Below are positions 33,628 through 42,828 of a stretch of 64,000 bases of DNA, piece after piece. The translations under genes and the position numbers were made by a program. How positions within the stretch are numbered: position 1 is the first letter of the stretch; the number at the start of each line of letters is the position of its first letter. Location: contig CAWAUV010000005.1 of NCBI GenBank assembly GCA_963785305.1, positions 480,001 through 544,000 of the forward strand, written 5' to 3'. The notes beneath the pieces were generated by a model. It did no database searches. It was given only the letters and a program-made list of their open reading frames with translations, and was not told the DNA's origin. The DNA is from an uncultured Planctomycetaceae bacterium. Its GTDB lineage: Bacteria; Planctomycetota; Planctomycetia; Pirellulales; PALSA-1355.

Positions 33628-34428
33628 GCGGCTCTCCTTCGCTCGCGGGCGCGGCCGTGTTTGCCTGCCTGCTGTTGAACAACAAATTCCAGCAACTCAC
33701 TCAAATGCGGCGTGAGCGGCTCGGCGCTCCGCAAAATCTCGCGGGCATGCTCCAGGCCGACCTTGGCGCGGTAGAGCAGCCGATGGGCCTCGGCCAGGGC
33801 GTTGATCGTTTCCGGCGTGAAGTTATTTCGCTTCAGCGCCACGACATTAATACATCGCGGCCGCGCCGGATTGCCCTCGGAGAGCATGAACGGCGGCACA
33901 TCGTGCAACACTCGACTCAACCCGCCCACGAAACTGTAACTGCCGATCGACGTGTAGTGATGCACCGCCACGGCGCCCGAGAGCGACGCATGGTCATGCA
34001 CATGCACATGCCCGCCGAGGAGCGTGCCATTGGCGATCACGATATGGCTTCCCAGCCGGCAATCATGCGCCACATGGGAATAGGCCATCAAGAAGTTGTG
34101 ATCGCCGATGCGCGTCACGCCGTCTTCTTTTTCCGTGCCGCGATTGATCGTCACGCCCTCGCGAATCAAATTGTGGTCGCCGATCTCGACCCGCGTGTCG
34201 CTGCCCCGATAGCTCAAATCCTGCGGCTCGCCGCCGATGACCACGCCCGGATAGATCGTGTTGTGCTCGCCGATGGTGACATGGCCGGTGATCGTGACAT
34301 GGTTGTGCAAACGGCAGCCGGCGCCGATGTGCGCGTGCGGGCCGATCACGGAGAACGGGCCGATATCCACGTCGTCGCCGATCTCGGCGCGGATGAATCG
34401 AAACATTCTCGGCGACAAAACCGGCCAT
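33624..34428 (-). CDS. lpxA: UDP-N-acetylglucosamine acyltransferase (5' frameshift)
   Basis: Hexapeptide repeats, PQDLSY.G, IREGVTINRGT, SHVAHDC, DVPPF. Confidence 0.95.
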
Positions 34429-34549
34429 GACGATCGCTCCGGAGGGATGTTGGGCTAGCGGGCGCGGGGCGGACATCGGTCGCGGGTCACGCCACGCCAG
34501 GGGGCTAATGCTTCCAGGCTGGGGAGGGTTCTGCTTTCTCGAGTCTCTT

Positions 34550-35425
34550 TCAAGCGATTCGCAACCACGGCTCCGAGGCTTGCTCCTCCTGGAGCACGGC
34601 TCGCGCCAGGTCGCCATTCAGGCGGTGTCCACTACGATGCGCGATCACATGGCCCACCAAATCGCAGCCGACCAGTCCCAGATCGCCGACCAGATCGAGT
34701 GCCTTGTGGCGCACGCATTCGTCGCGAAAGCGCAGTTCGTTCTCCACCGGTCCGTGCTTATCGAACACCACCACGTTCTGATACGTCGCCCGCTTGCCCA
34801 GCCCGCGGGCCGTCATCCATTCGGCTTCTTCTTGCAAGACGAATGTGCGGCACGAAGCCAGTTCGCGGCGAAACGATTCGGGCGTGATCGGCAGTTGCAA
34901 TGTTTGCCGGCCGATCGGATTGCCGGGGCCATAATCCAGGCGGAACTTGACACTGAGGCAGCCGGCCGTGGTCGGGCGAATCTCGACCCAGCTTTCCTCG
35001 CCGCCCAGCCGCAGCACATTGCGCACCACGAGCTGCGGTCGCCAAGCGTCTTGCTCCACGACGCCGGCCGTGTCGATCGCTTCGACAAACGGTTGACTCG
35101 AGCCATCGAAGCCCGGCATTTCCGGTTCATCGACCCACACTTCGCAATTGTCGATCCGCAGGCCCGAGAGCGCGGCCATCACATGTTCGATCATCTCGAC
35201 CGACACGCCGTCGACGCTGAGCGTCGTGCGGCGGGGGGTCTCGACCCGATTCGAGATCAGCGCCGGAATTCGGACTCGGTTCGGAGTATCGCGACGCACG
35301 AAAACAACGCCGGTGTCTGGCGCCGCGGGCCGAAACTCCAACCGAACATCGCGACCGCTCCAGAAGCCGAAGCCCTCGACCGCGGCCGCCTCGCTCAATG
35401 TGCGTTGTTTTCGTAGTGGATGCAT
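34550..35425 (-). CDS. lpxC: UDP-3-O-acyl-GlcNAc deacetylase
   Basis: KQRTL, IEHVMAAL, EMPGFDGSS, ECVRHKALDLVGDL, SGH. Confidence 0.95.
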   Translation of the reverse strand: MHPLRKQRTLSEAAAVEGFGFWSGRDVRLEFRPAAPDTGVVFVRRDTPNRVRIPALISNRVETPRRTTLSVDGVSVEMIEHVMAALSGLRIDNCEVWVDEPEMPGFDGSSQPFVEAIDTAGVVEQDAWRPQLVVRNVLRLGGEESWVEIRPTTAGCLSVKFRLDYGPGNPIGRQTLQLPITPESFRRELASCRTFVLQEEAEWMTARGLGKRATYQNVVVFDKHGPVENELRFRDECVRHKALDLVGDLGLVGCDLVGHVIAHRSGHRLNGDLARAVLQEEQASEPWLRIA

Positions 35426-35555
35426 CAAACGTCGTGAATCAGGTTCGCGTGGACCGGGGCCGCGTCCCCATGCATGGACCGCGCTGCCCGGCAAAAGCAT
35501 TGCCAAGAACAAGGAGGGCCCCCGCCGGCCGAGCCGGATCCTCGCGGGAGCGACA

Positions 35556-36317
35556 TTAACGATAGGGTTGCGAACGCGGCGGGCCACCCGCGCCGGGGCC
35601 GCTCGCTCCGCCCGGATATCCACCCGGACCGACATTGCTCGGCGGGGCGCCGCGCGAGGGGCCACCCGGCGTGCCGGCGCCCGCGGCCACGTTGCGGCGA
35701 TTGAGCTCCTCGATGATCACTTGCGTGATATCGCTGCTGTGCTGATAAACCACCGGCTTGCTCAGCTCGCGAAACACCGACTCGCGATCCGTCGGATCGA
35801 CCGGATTGGAGCTGTAGCGAAGCACGAGCGTGATGCCGCGGCTTTCGGCGTAGTAGCGAATGGCTTCGTTGATTTCCTGATAGTTCTTATAATAGACCGA
35901 AGCTTCACGCTCCATCAGGTCGCGGGTTTGCAATTGCTTGCGCACCTGAAAATCGGCCTGCTTCTGGGCGATCACGGTTTCCTTGGCTCGAAACTCGGGT
36001 GAGTTCGGCTTGAGCTGCGAGGCCTTGAGGTCCTCGATCAGCTTGTTGATTTGCAGCCGATCCTTGTTGAGCTTGTCTTCGGCTTCCTTGACCTCGCGCT
36101 GCATGCCGTCCATCTGCTGCTTGAAGCCATTGAGATTCTTGAAAATGGTCTCGATGTCGACCACCGCCACGCTCGGCGGCGTGCCGTTCACGGCGCCGGG
36201 CCGCGCTCCGAAACCCGCGCCGCCGGGGGCGCCGGGATTCTGGGCCGCGAGATGGGCAACGGTCGTTCCGGTGAGAAGACATGCCACGACAGCCGCGGCC
36301 AGAAGAGATTTATTCAC
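35556..36317 (-). CDS. skp: OmpH/Skp periplasmic chaperone
   Basis: Signal peptide, VAVVDIETIF, coiled coil, DITQVIIEELN; upstream of lpxC. Confidence 0.85.
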   Translation of the reverse strand: MNKSLLAAAVVACLLTGTTVAHLAAQNPGAPGGAGFGARPGAVNGTPPSVAVVDIETIFKNLNGFKQQMDGMQREVKEAEDKLNKDRLQINKLIEDLKASQLKPNSPEFRAKETVIAQKQADFQVRKQLQTRDLMEREASVYYKNYQEINEAIRYYAESRGITLVLRYSSNPVDPTDRESVFRELSKPVVYQHSSDITQVIIEELNRRNVAAGAGTPGGPSRGAPPSNVGPGGYPGGASGPGAGGPPRSQPYR

Positions 36318-36679
36318 GGTCAGCGCTCCTTGCTCTCGGTGGTGGTCTTCCATGACCAACGCACGGCGCCCGAGCCACGCGTCCGCGACGCGTCGCTCTC
36401 CAGGGCCGGTCGAGGGCGTATTCTGCCGAGAACGTCAGAATCGGTAAAGGCCAAAATTCGAATCGCGATCCTTCGATTTTCCCTGACTCGCCGCCCGCCC
36501 CAGGGCGCGGCGCTCGCTGGGCGCCGTGTGCCCGAGCCAGCCTCCTAGCATTGTTTCCGCCGGCGCCGCGCCGTAGCATAAATGCGGCGCGCGGCCTGGG
36601 CTTGTTTGGCCCTCGCGGCGCCGCGGTCCGAGGCGACAACACGCGCTCGGCTTGCGTCACACTCGGAGCAAGGTTGTTC

Positions 36680-37489
36680 ATGAACATCGGTTTCATCGGC
36701 GCCGGACAAATGGCCCGAGCCCTGGGCGCCGGATTTTTGCGAGCCGGCCTCACCACCGCCGACGCCCTCACCGCCAGCGATCCCTCGCCCGACGCGGCCG
36801 AGGCCTTTGCCCGCGCCGCCGGCGGCGCCCGGGTCGGGCCCTCGAACACGGCGGTGGCCGCGGCGGCCGATGTGCTGTTTTTGGCCGTGAAACCGCAGCA
36901 TATCCGCCCGGTGTTGGCCGAAATTCGCCCCGCAATCCGGCCGCGAACCCTCGTGGTCTCGATCGCCGCCGGGGTGCGGCTCGCGACTCTCGCCGCCGGG
37001 CTCGGCGCGGACGCGAGGCTCGTGAGAGTGATGCCCAACACCCCCTGCCTTGTCGGCCAGAGCGCCAGCGGTTATAGCATGGGCTCGTGCACAAGCCCCG
37101 AAGACCGCCAACGGGTCGAACGCTTGCTGACCTCGGTCGGCGTGGCCTTCATGGTCGAAGAGCGACTGCTCGACGCCGTGACCGGGCTTGCCGGTTCCGG
37201 GCCGGCGTTTGTGTATCTGGTGATCGAGGCATTGAGCGATGGCGGAGTGCGCATGGGCTTGCCGCGCGAAGTGGCCCTGGCCTTGGCCGCGCAAACGGTC
37301 CGCGGCGCCGCCGAAATGGTGATTCGCGAGGGCGAACATCCGGCGGTGCTGAAAGACCGGGTCACGAGCCCGGGCGGAACGACGATCGCCGGCCTGCAAG
37401 CGCTGGAAAGCGGCTCGCTCCGAGGAGTGTTGATGGCGGCCGTCGAAGCGGCGACTCGACGGGCCCAAGAACTGGGTGAAGCGAAGTAA
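36680..37489 (+). CDS. proC: Pyrroline-5-carboxylate reductase
   Basis: IGFIGAGQMA, LAVKPQ, RVMPNTP, GSGPAF, VTSPGGTTIAGL. Confidence 0.97.
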   Translation: MNIGFIGAGQMARALGAGFLRAGLTTADALTASDPSPDAAEAFARAAGGARVGPSNTAVAAAADVLFLAVKPQHIRPVLAEIRPAIRPRTLVVSIAAGVRLATLAAGLGADARLVRVMPNTPCLVGQSASGYSMGSCTSPEDRQRVERLLTSVGVAFMVEERLLDAVTGLAGSGPAFVYLVIEALSDGGVRMGLPREVALALAAQTVRGAAEMVIREGEHPAVLKDRVTSPGGTTIAGLQALESGSLRGVLMAAVEAATRRAQELGEAK

Positions 37490-37529
37490 GCACGCGCCCG
37501 ATTAGCGAACAACGTAGGGAGTCGATTCG

Positions 37530-37769
37530 ATGTCGGTGTTCTGTGTCGTGGACGACAAACATATTCCGCTCTACCGCGTCATGTGGGTCGCGGCCACGCC
37601 GCATTTTTGCGGCGCCGACGACTGCGAGCGCGAAGGTCAGTATGAGATTCGTCTCGAACAGGGGGAAGCCGTGTGGGCCAATCAACGCGAGCGCGACGAC
37701 ATGCTCACGGCCCTGGAACAGTGGCAAGGCGGACTTGGCCCGCCGGAAGACGAGTGGGAAGGAGACTGA
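37530..37769 (+). CDS. Small hypothetical protein
   Basis: 79 aa with GGAG RBS; MSVFCVVDDKHIPLYRVMWV..PHFCG..DCEREG. Confidence 0.7.
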   Translation: MSVFCVVDDKHIPLYRVMWVAATPHFCGADDCEREGQYEIRLEQGEAVWANQRERDDMLTALEQWQGGLGPPEDEWEGD

Positions 37770-37770
37770 C

Positions 37771-38277
37771 GTGTCTACATTCGAGCGGGGCGGCTATCAG
37801 TGGCGAGAGACGTATTTCGTGCTCTTCGATGAGGCGCGCCGCCCGAAACTCCAGCAGGTCGAGCGTTTGTTGCGCAAGCTCAATGCGCGCTTCGAGCTGA
37901 TCGACCCCGTGGCCGACGCCCAGGGCCGGCTCGAATCGCTCACGATCGTGTCGCCCGACGACTACGCCGCGCTCGACATCAGCTACCTGGCCGGCGAGGA
38001 AGTGCTCGAGCAGGGCGCCCAGTTGCAGAAAGACCTGAAACGCTCGCTGCTCGACGACGAAGATCGCGCAAAGCTGGCTCGCCTGCCCAAGCTTACCGCC
38101 AAGCTCGATCTCCTGCACTTCGAACGCGTCGCCGACGCCGCTCCGGTTCCGGACGACGACTCCGACGACGATCTCGACGAAATGCTCGACCCCAGCGCGC
38201 TCCTGCTGGTGATGGACGCGCTGGTCGAACTAACGCACGGCGTGGGCGTCGACCCCCAATCAGGGGCGCTCACCTGA
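37771..38277 (+). CDS. Acidic hypothetical protein
   Basis: GTG start after GGAGA, one base after the previous stop; host-like codon usage. Confidence 0.7.
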   Translation: MSTFERGGYQWRETYFVLFDEARRPKLQQVERLLRKLNARFELIDPVADAQGRLESLTIVSPDDYAALDISYLAGEEVLEQGAQLQKDLKRSLLDDEDRAKLARLPKLTAKLDLLHFERVADAAPVPDDDSDDDLDEMLDPSALLLVMDALVELTHGVGVDPQSGALT

Positions 38278-38312
38278 TTGCGGATGCGCTACTCGCGCTC
38301 CGCAGCCGCCAG

Positions 38313-38693
38313 TCAACCAACGGCCGCCAGCAAAATCAATGAGTCCTGACCCGTTTGGATTCGCACCAGTTTCTTGGCGCAGTCAACCCACTGTTCTAAC
38401 TCCGGTCGGCCGCATTTACGCTTTATAATTTTACAGATGCTTTGAAAATGAACCTGATCCTGATCGAGAGTAAATTGCCGAATTGTCGCCATAAGTGATC
38501 GGAACACATTGATATTGAGGCCGCTGAATAACTGCTCGTCGGTGGCAACTGGCTTTCCAACTTGCAAGTTGACCGACAGCCTCACTTGATCGACACCTTC
38601 AACACATTGCCTTAGCTCTTTAACCCTTTCCTGAAATAAACGCAGCCGAGTTAGGTCTTCTTCCGTTGGCTTGCGGACGAGATCGGTTGGCAT
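38313..38693 (-). CDS. Hypothetical protein, probably 3'-truncated islet gene
   Basis: AT-rich 126-aa ORF at the islet edge. Confidence 0.45.
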   Translation of the reverse strand: MPTDLVRKPTEEDLTRLRLFQERVKELRQCVEGVDQVRLSVNLQVGKPVATDEQLFSGLNINVFRSLMATIRQFTLDQDQVHFQSICKIIKRKCGRPELEQWVDCAKKLVRIQTGQDSLILLAAVG

Positions 38694-38865
38694 GGGTTCT
38701 GCCTTTTAGTAATCGGATGCGGGACAGTCGCATTAGCATAACGAATCGAATCGTTGTCGCAAGCCGGCTTTCGGCTCAACAACATTCCACGGTCTGACAT
38801 ATTACCTAGCGGAAGCCTTAACGACCTTGTTGTCGAAGGAGAAAGGATTCCGGTTGATGTGTGAC

Positions 38866-39719
38866 TCACTGCTTCTGCCAGTTGCACAACGCATCTTCCA
38901 CCGCAGCCGGCGAGATGCCTAGTCGTTCAGCAAGTTGGTCCGCCAGGTTTGACAAAACACCGACGGGCCGGTTGCCGCAGAGCTTGATCGCTCCGTGTCG
39001 TGGGCCGCTTGCACCCGCAGATAGCACGACGAAGGCTGGATCGAAATCAGCTTCAGGTCGTTTAGCAGTACGAGAAAATCAAATCGTCCCGTTCGGCCAA
39101 AATGCCAGATCGGTGAGAGCCGGCGATACAAATGATCGAACTGCCCATCGGAATCGGCTGACTCTGCCGGGCCAATGCTAACCAGGTCAAGTGGCCCCCC
39201 AAACTCTTGGGCGAGGGTTATAAAGGAATAGATAACCTTCCAAATAGCGGCCGGAGTGTTCGACTCATACTTGCGGTGGTTGCCAAACGCAAGCATTTTG
39301 AGATCGACGGAATGATCCACGAGCCAGCGACGAAAGGGAGGCGAATTGGCGCTAACGTGCTGCCATGTCCAGACAGGCGAAGACCCAAACCCGCAAAGCA
39401 AACGTAAAGCGCTGAAAAGCTGATTCGGCTTGGTGGGCTCTGCGGAGTCACGTCCGAAATGAGCGGCAAGAAAGGTCCGCCATACGGCTTCGTCGAGGTC
39501 GCCCGAATCACGAGCAATCTGGATCAGGCCAATAACATCGTCGCTGTTGCGATTTGTAGAGAGGATGCGGGGAGCGGATTTCCTGTGGCGAACACTGAAC
39601 GACAACCGTTCGATGAATTCGTCTTGTTCCATCAGGGAAACGGCAATGCCCTGGCTTAGAAGGACATGTCGAACCTTCTTCGAGAATGCGGCTTCAGTGA
39701 CTTTGCGAGTAGACAGCAT
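38866..39719 (-). CDS. Alpha-glutamyl/putrescinyl thymine pyrophosphorylase clade 3-like protein (frameshift near 39015)
   Basis: FGNHRKYES, FGRTGRFDFL, PSSCYL; the alternative frame gives GASGPRHGA...VEDALCNWQK ending at 38866. Confidence 0.75.
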
Positions 39720-39787
39720 TAGTCGCTTGCCGCAGATCGGTGGGCCGTTGTTTGAGCACGAAGCGGATTATCTCTTGATGCGCATAT

Positions 39788-40600
39788 CTACGGTGCATTG
39801 AAGAAGTCGATCAGTCCGTATAGTTTCTTGCAATATGGAATGAACATTTGGAGCAGGACGTAGACTTGTTCCCGCTCCATAATCTTGCCGGACGGATGCC
39901 CAGCGTCGTTGCGGAAGGTCCGAATTACGGACAGAATGCCATCGAATTGCACGTCGAGGTCTTCCTTGAGTTCTGGGGGTAGAGTGCCGAGGACGTGCTG
40001 CTGAACTGCCGCTCGAAACTTCCGAAACCTCTGAAGGGTCGTACGTTCCTTCAATACGTTCGAGAACTTTGCATTATAGGTGGAATTCTGCTCAGCCGCT
40101 TCGGCTAAAAGCAGGAATGAATGCTCCGAGGCTACGCCAAGCATTACCGTCGCCGATAAGAGGCACCCCGACCTGAACGCCTGCATTGCCTCTTGAAGAT
40201 AAAGGAGGGTTGTGGCATTGATGCTGGGGACGTTCGACCGGATCAGGGCCGTGTATGTGGAAACGTCATGGAAGAAGTACACAGTCTGGTTGTCAACGAT
40301 GCGCTTCCCCGCCTGCGAGAGTCGGAAGAATGGGAATTCTCGGTTGGAGCTATTCAGTCCAAGCGTGATGATGCCCTGACGGAACAAGTCCCAAAAGACT
40401 TCCAAGGTCAGGTCCGCATCCTTCGGAGTTGACTGTGACTGGTGATGGCGTCCGGGATGAGACTGTCCGCTTCGGCGGTCGAATACCTCGGCAACGCCAA
40501 GCAGAAGATGCTGGAACTGGTCCGCCACGTATGCCGTCTTTTCCCGACCCGCTATTATGTCGAGGACGACGCTTCGGATTTCTTCGTAACTGTGGTCCAT
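39788..40600 (-). CDS. Putative HEPN/Abi-like protein with N-terminal winged-helix-like region
   Basis: YLQEAMQAFRSGCLLSATVMLGVASE and RxxxxH motif RNDAGH. Confidence 0.55.
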   Translation of the reverse strand: MDHSYEEIRSVVLDIIAGREKTAYVADQFQHLLLGVAEVFDRRSGQSHPGRHHQSQSTPKDADLTLEVFWDLFRQGIITLGLNSSNREFPFFRLSQAGKRIVDNQTVYFFHDVSTYTALIRSNVPSINATTLLYLQEAMQAFRSGCLLSATVMLGVASEHSFLLLAEAAEQNSTYNAKFSNVLKERTTLQRFRKFRAAVQQHVLGTLPPELKEDLDVQFDGILSVIRTFRNDAGHPSGKIMEREQVYVLLQMFIPYCKKLYGLIDFFNAP

Positions 40601-40700
40601 TGTTTGTCAGGTATCGGAGCCTGCGCTGAGTGGTGTGGGCGTGGCTGGCAAGTCGAGCATTATAGCGGATTGCCCCAGGCGCCTGCCTACATCCCCAACG

Positions 40701-40741
40701 AAAAAGCCCGCCAAGATTCGCAATGAACCTTAGCGGGCTTG
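40701..40741 (-). terminator. Probable intrinsic terminator
   Basis: AAAAAGCCCGC...GCGGGCTT stem with an A-run (U-tail on minus strand) downstream of gene 40763..41165. Confidence 0.5.
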
Positions 40742-40762
40742 GTGATTTCAGAAAGCGGCGTT

Positions 40763-41165
40763 CTACAGCTTTTCCTTGAACGACTTCAGCTTGCCGATCA
40801 ATTGCTCGGCGTGGAGCAAGCCACCGACTTTGGTGACGAACTCGAAGGCCGTGTCCAAAGCAGCGTGGGCGGCGTGCGGAGCGGCACCGTTCGTGGCGGC
40901 TTTCCAGCCAGGCTTGCGTCCGGGTTTGCCTTTGGGCTTTCCAGCCTTCTTCTTCATGTTCGCCCTGACGTTGTAGACCAGTGCCGGTGGCACCTTCAAC
41001 TCTTTGGCGATCTCGACGATCGGCTTTTCTGAACTGGCATTCAATGCTTCACGGATTTGGGCGGACTTGCTGGGCTTCTTGGTCTTGGTTGCAGCCGTCG
41101 CATCGGCGGGCTTTTCGGCGGTGGCTGTCGAGCCTTCATGAGTCTTCGTCTTACGGGACTTCTTG
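40763..41165 (-). pseudogene. Lys/Ala-rich small DNA-binding (nucleoid-like) protein, 5' end cut by IS3
   Basis: Frame is open up to the IS end: KKSRKTKTHEG...KPSKSAQIREAL...IVEIAKELKVPPALVYNVRANMKKK. Confidence 0.55.
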
Positions 41166-41231
41166 TGAGGTGCTGACGATTTGACGGACAGGCGGACAAC
41201 TTAGAATGGGCGTTCAGGAGAGGAGAGCCTG

Positions 41232-41556
41232 GATGAGCAAGAAGCGTATTCGTTCCGTCAAGCCTGCTTCGTCGCCGCCGGGGCCGCGGTCGCGGCGGGC
41301 GTTCGACGAGGGGTTCAAGAGTGAAGCGGTAGCAATGCTGCTGGATGGGCATTCGGCGGTCTCCGTGGCCGAGCGGCTCGGGCTGTCGAGCGTGAATTTG
41401 CTATATCGCTGGAAGCGAGAGCAACTCGACAAGGCCGGGCCGGCGGCGAGTTCGCTCGAGGCGCGCGTGCGGCAGCTCGAACAGGAGCTGCAGCGCGTCG
41501 AGCGCGAGCGTGACATCTTAAAAAAAGCGTTGGCCATTTTCGGCCGCAACGGATAA
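41232..41556 (+). CDS. IS3 transposase OrfA
   Basis: FDEGFKSEAV...LYRWK...ERDILKKALAIF (start approximate). Confidence 0.9.
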
Positions 41557-41561
41557 GCGAC

Positions 41562-42440
41562 ATGTACGGCGCCGTCGAACCGATCGTCGTGGAAAGTCAT
41601 ACGTCTACCGCGCTGGTATGCGATATTCTCGACGTCTCACGCAGCGCGTATTACGCCTGGCGCGGCGCCGAACCATCGACGCGTGAACAGCGCGACGCGG
41701 AACTGGCGCCGCGGGTGCGTGAAATCTTCTGGAAGCATCGACGACGCTACGGCGCCCGACGAATCGCCTGGGAGTTGACCGAGGCGGGCCACGCGTGCAG
41801 CCCCCGAAAAGCCGCGGAAATCATGCGAAATCAGGGCCTGAAAGCGATTCAGCCGAAGTCGTTCAAGCCGCGCACCACCGACAGTCGCCATCGCCTGGGC
41901 TACAGCCCGAACCTGTTGCTGGAGGAACCCGAGACCACGCGGACCAATCAACTTTGGGTCGGCGACATCACGTACATTCCGCTCGCCGATCGATCGTTCT
42001 GTTATCTGGCGATGCTGATGGATCGCCACTCGCGGTTGCTCATCGGTTGGGACTTGGACGCATCGATGACCGACGCGCTGACCGCTCGCGCGCTCACGCA
42101 AGCCGTGCGTCGACGCCAGCCTTCGGCGAGCCTGATTCATCACACCGACCGTGGAGGTCAATACGCGAGCCATCGTTACCGCGACATCCTCCGCCGCGCC
42201 GGCTTCCGCCAGAGCATGAGCCGCGCCGACAACTGCTACGACAATGCATTCATCGAATCGTGCTTCGGAACCATCAAGACCGAACTGGAAATGACCGAAT
42301 ATCAAAACGAGCGCGTCGCCGCGGGCGAGATCGCCGAGTTCGTGCGCTACTACAACCACGAACGCCGCCACTCCTCCTTGGGCTACCGCACGCCCTTTGA
42401 ATTCGAGCGACAACTGAACAACCAAACACCGACGCCTTAG
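41562..42440 (+). CDS. IS3 transposase OrfB
   Basis: WVGDITYI, HHTDRGGQY, DNAFIESCFGTIKTE. Confidence 0.95.
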   Translation: MYGAVEPIVVESHTSTALVCDILDVSRSAYYAWRGAEPSTREQRDAELAPRVREIFWKHRRRYGARRIAWELTEAGHACSPRKAAEIMRNQGLKAIQPKSFKPRTTDSRHRLGYSPNLLLEEPETTRTNQLWVGDITYIPLADRSFCYLAMLMDRHSRLLIGWDLDASMTDALTARALTQAVRRRQPSASLIHHTDRGGQYASHRYRDILRRAGFRQSMSRADNCYDNAFIESCFGTIKTELEMTEYQNERVAAGEIAEFVRYYNHERRHSSLGYRTPFEFERQLNNQTPTP

Positions 42441-42474
42441 GGAATCGCCTGTCCGTCAAATCGTCAGCACCTCA

Positions 42475-42819
42475 TTGCTTGGGCTGCAAATGCAGAGCGT
42501 TGATGCCTTCAACGAGGAGAGGATGAAAGCGCAGCAGGAAGCTTTCAAGGATAACAAGGCAGTTCAGCAATTCTGGCTCGATGCATATTCGGCGGATCAT
42601 GGGATCGCAGCCATTTCATCCGTGATCGAGTCACACGCTCCGACGCACAACGTTCTCATGGCTTCGATGGGCCCGAAACTATCGGCCGTGGCGCTTTATC
42701 AATTGCACAGGCGGAATGATGCTTTGGGGCTCGTCTACCTGCCGTCACGCGATTTCAACCCGGATTACTCCCACGGCATCGGCGAAAGCATTTGGGGAAC
42801 GCTTACGCCTAACACGTAG
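42475..42819 (+). pseudogene. C-terminal fragment of a hypothetical protein, cut by IS3
   Basis: ORF starts at the IS boundary; MGPKLSAVALY...VYLPSRDFNPDYSHGIG. Confidence 0.5.
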
Positions 42820-42828
42820 GAAATGCTT

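Larger units (their letters stand above)
41166..42474 (+). mobile_element. IS3-family insertion sequence (complete)
   Basis: Perfect 29-bp IRs TGAGGTGCTGACGATTTGACGGACAGGCG; TTG on both flanks; A7G slippery site at 41520-41527. Confidence 0.95.

Noticed and set aside
11349..34428. Pseudogenisation of nuo, GH57 and lpxA
   Set aside because: Motifs are intact on both sides of single-base breaks in core genes; sequencing error is more plausible
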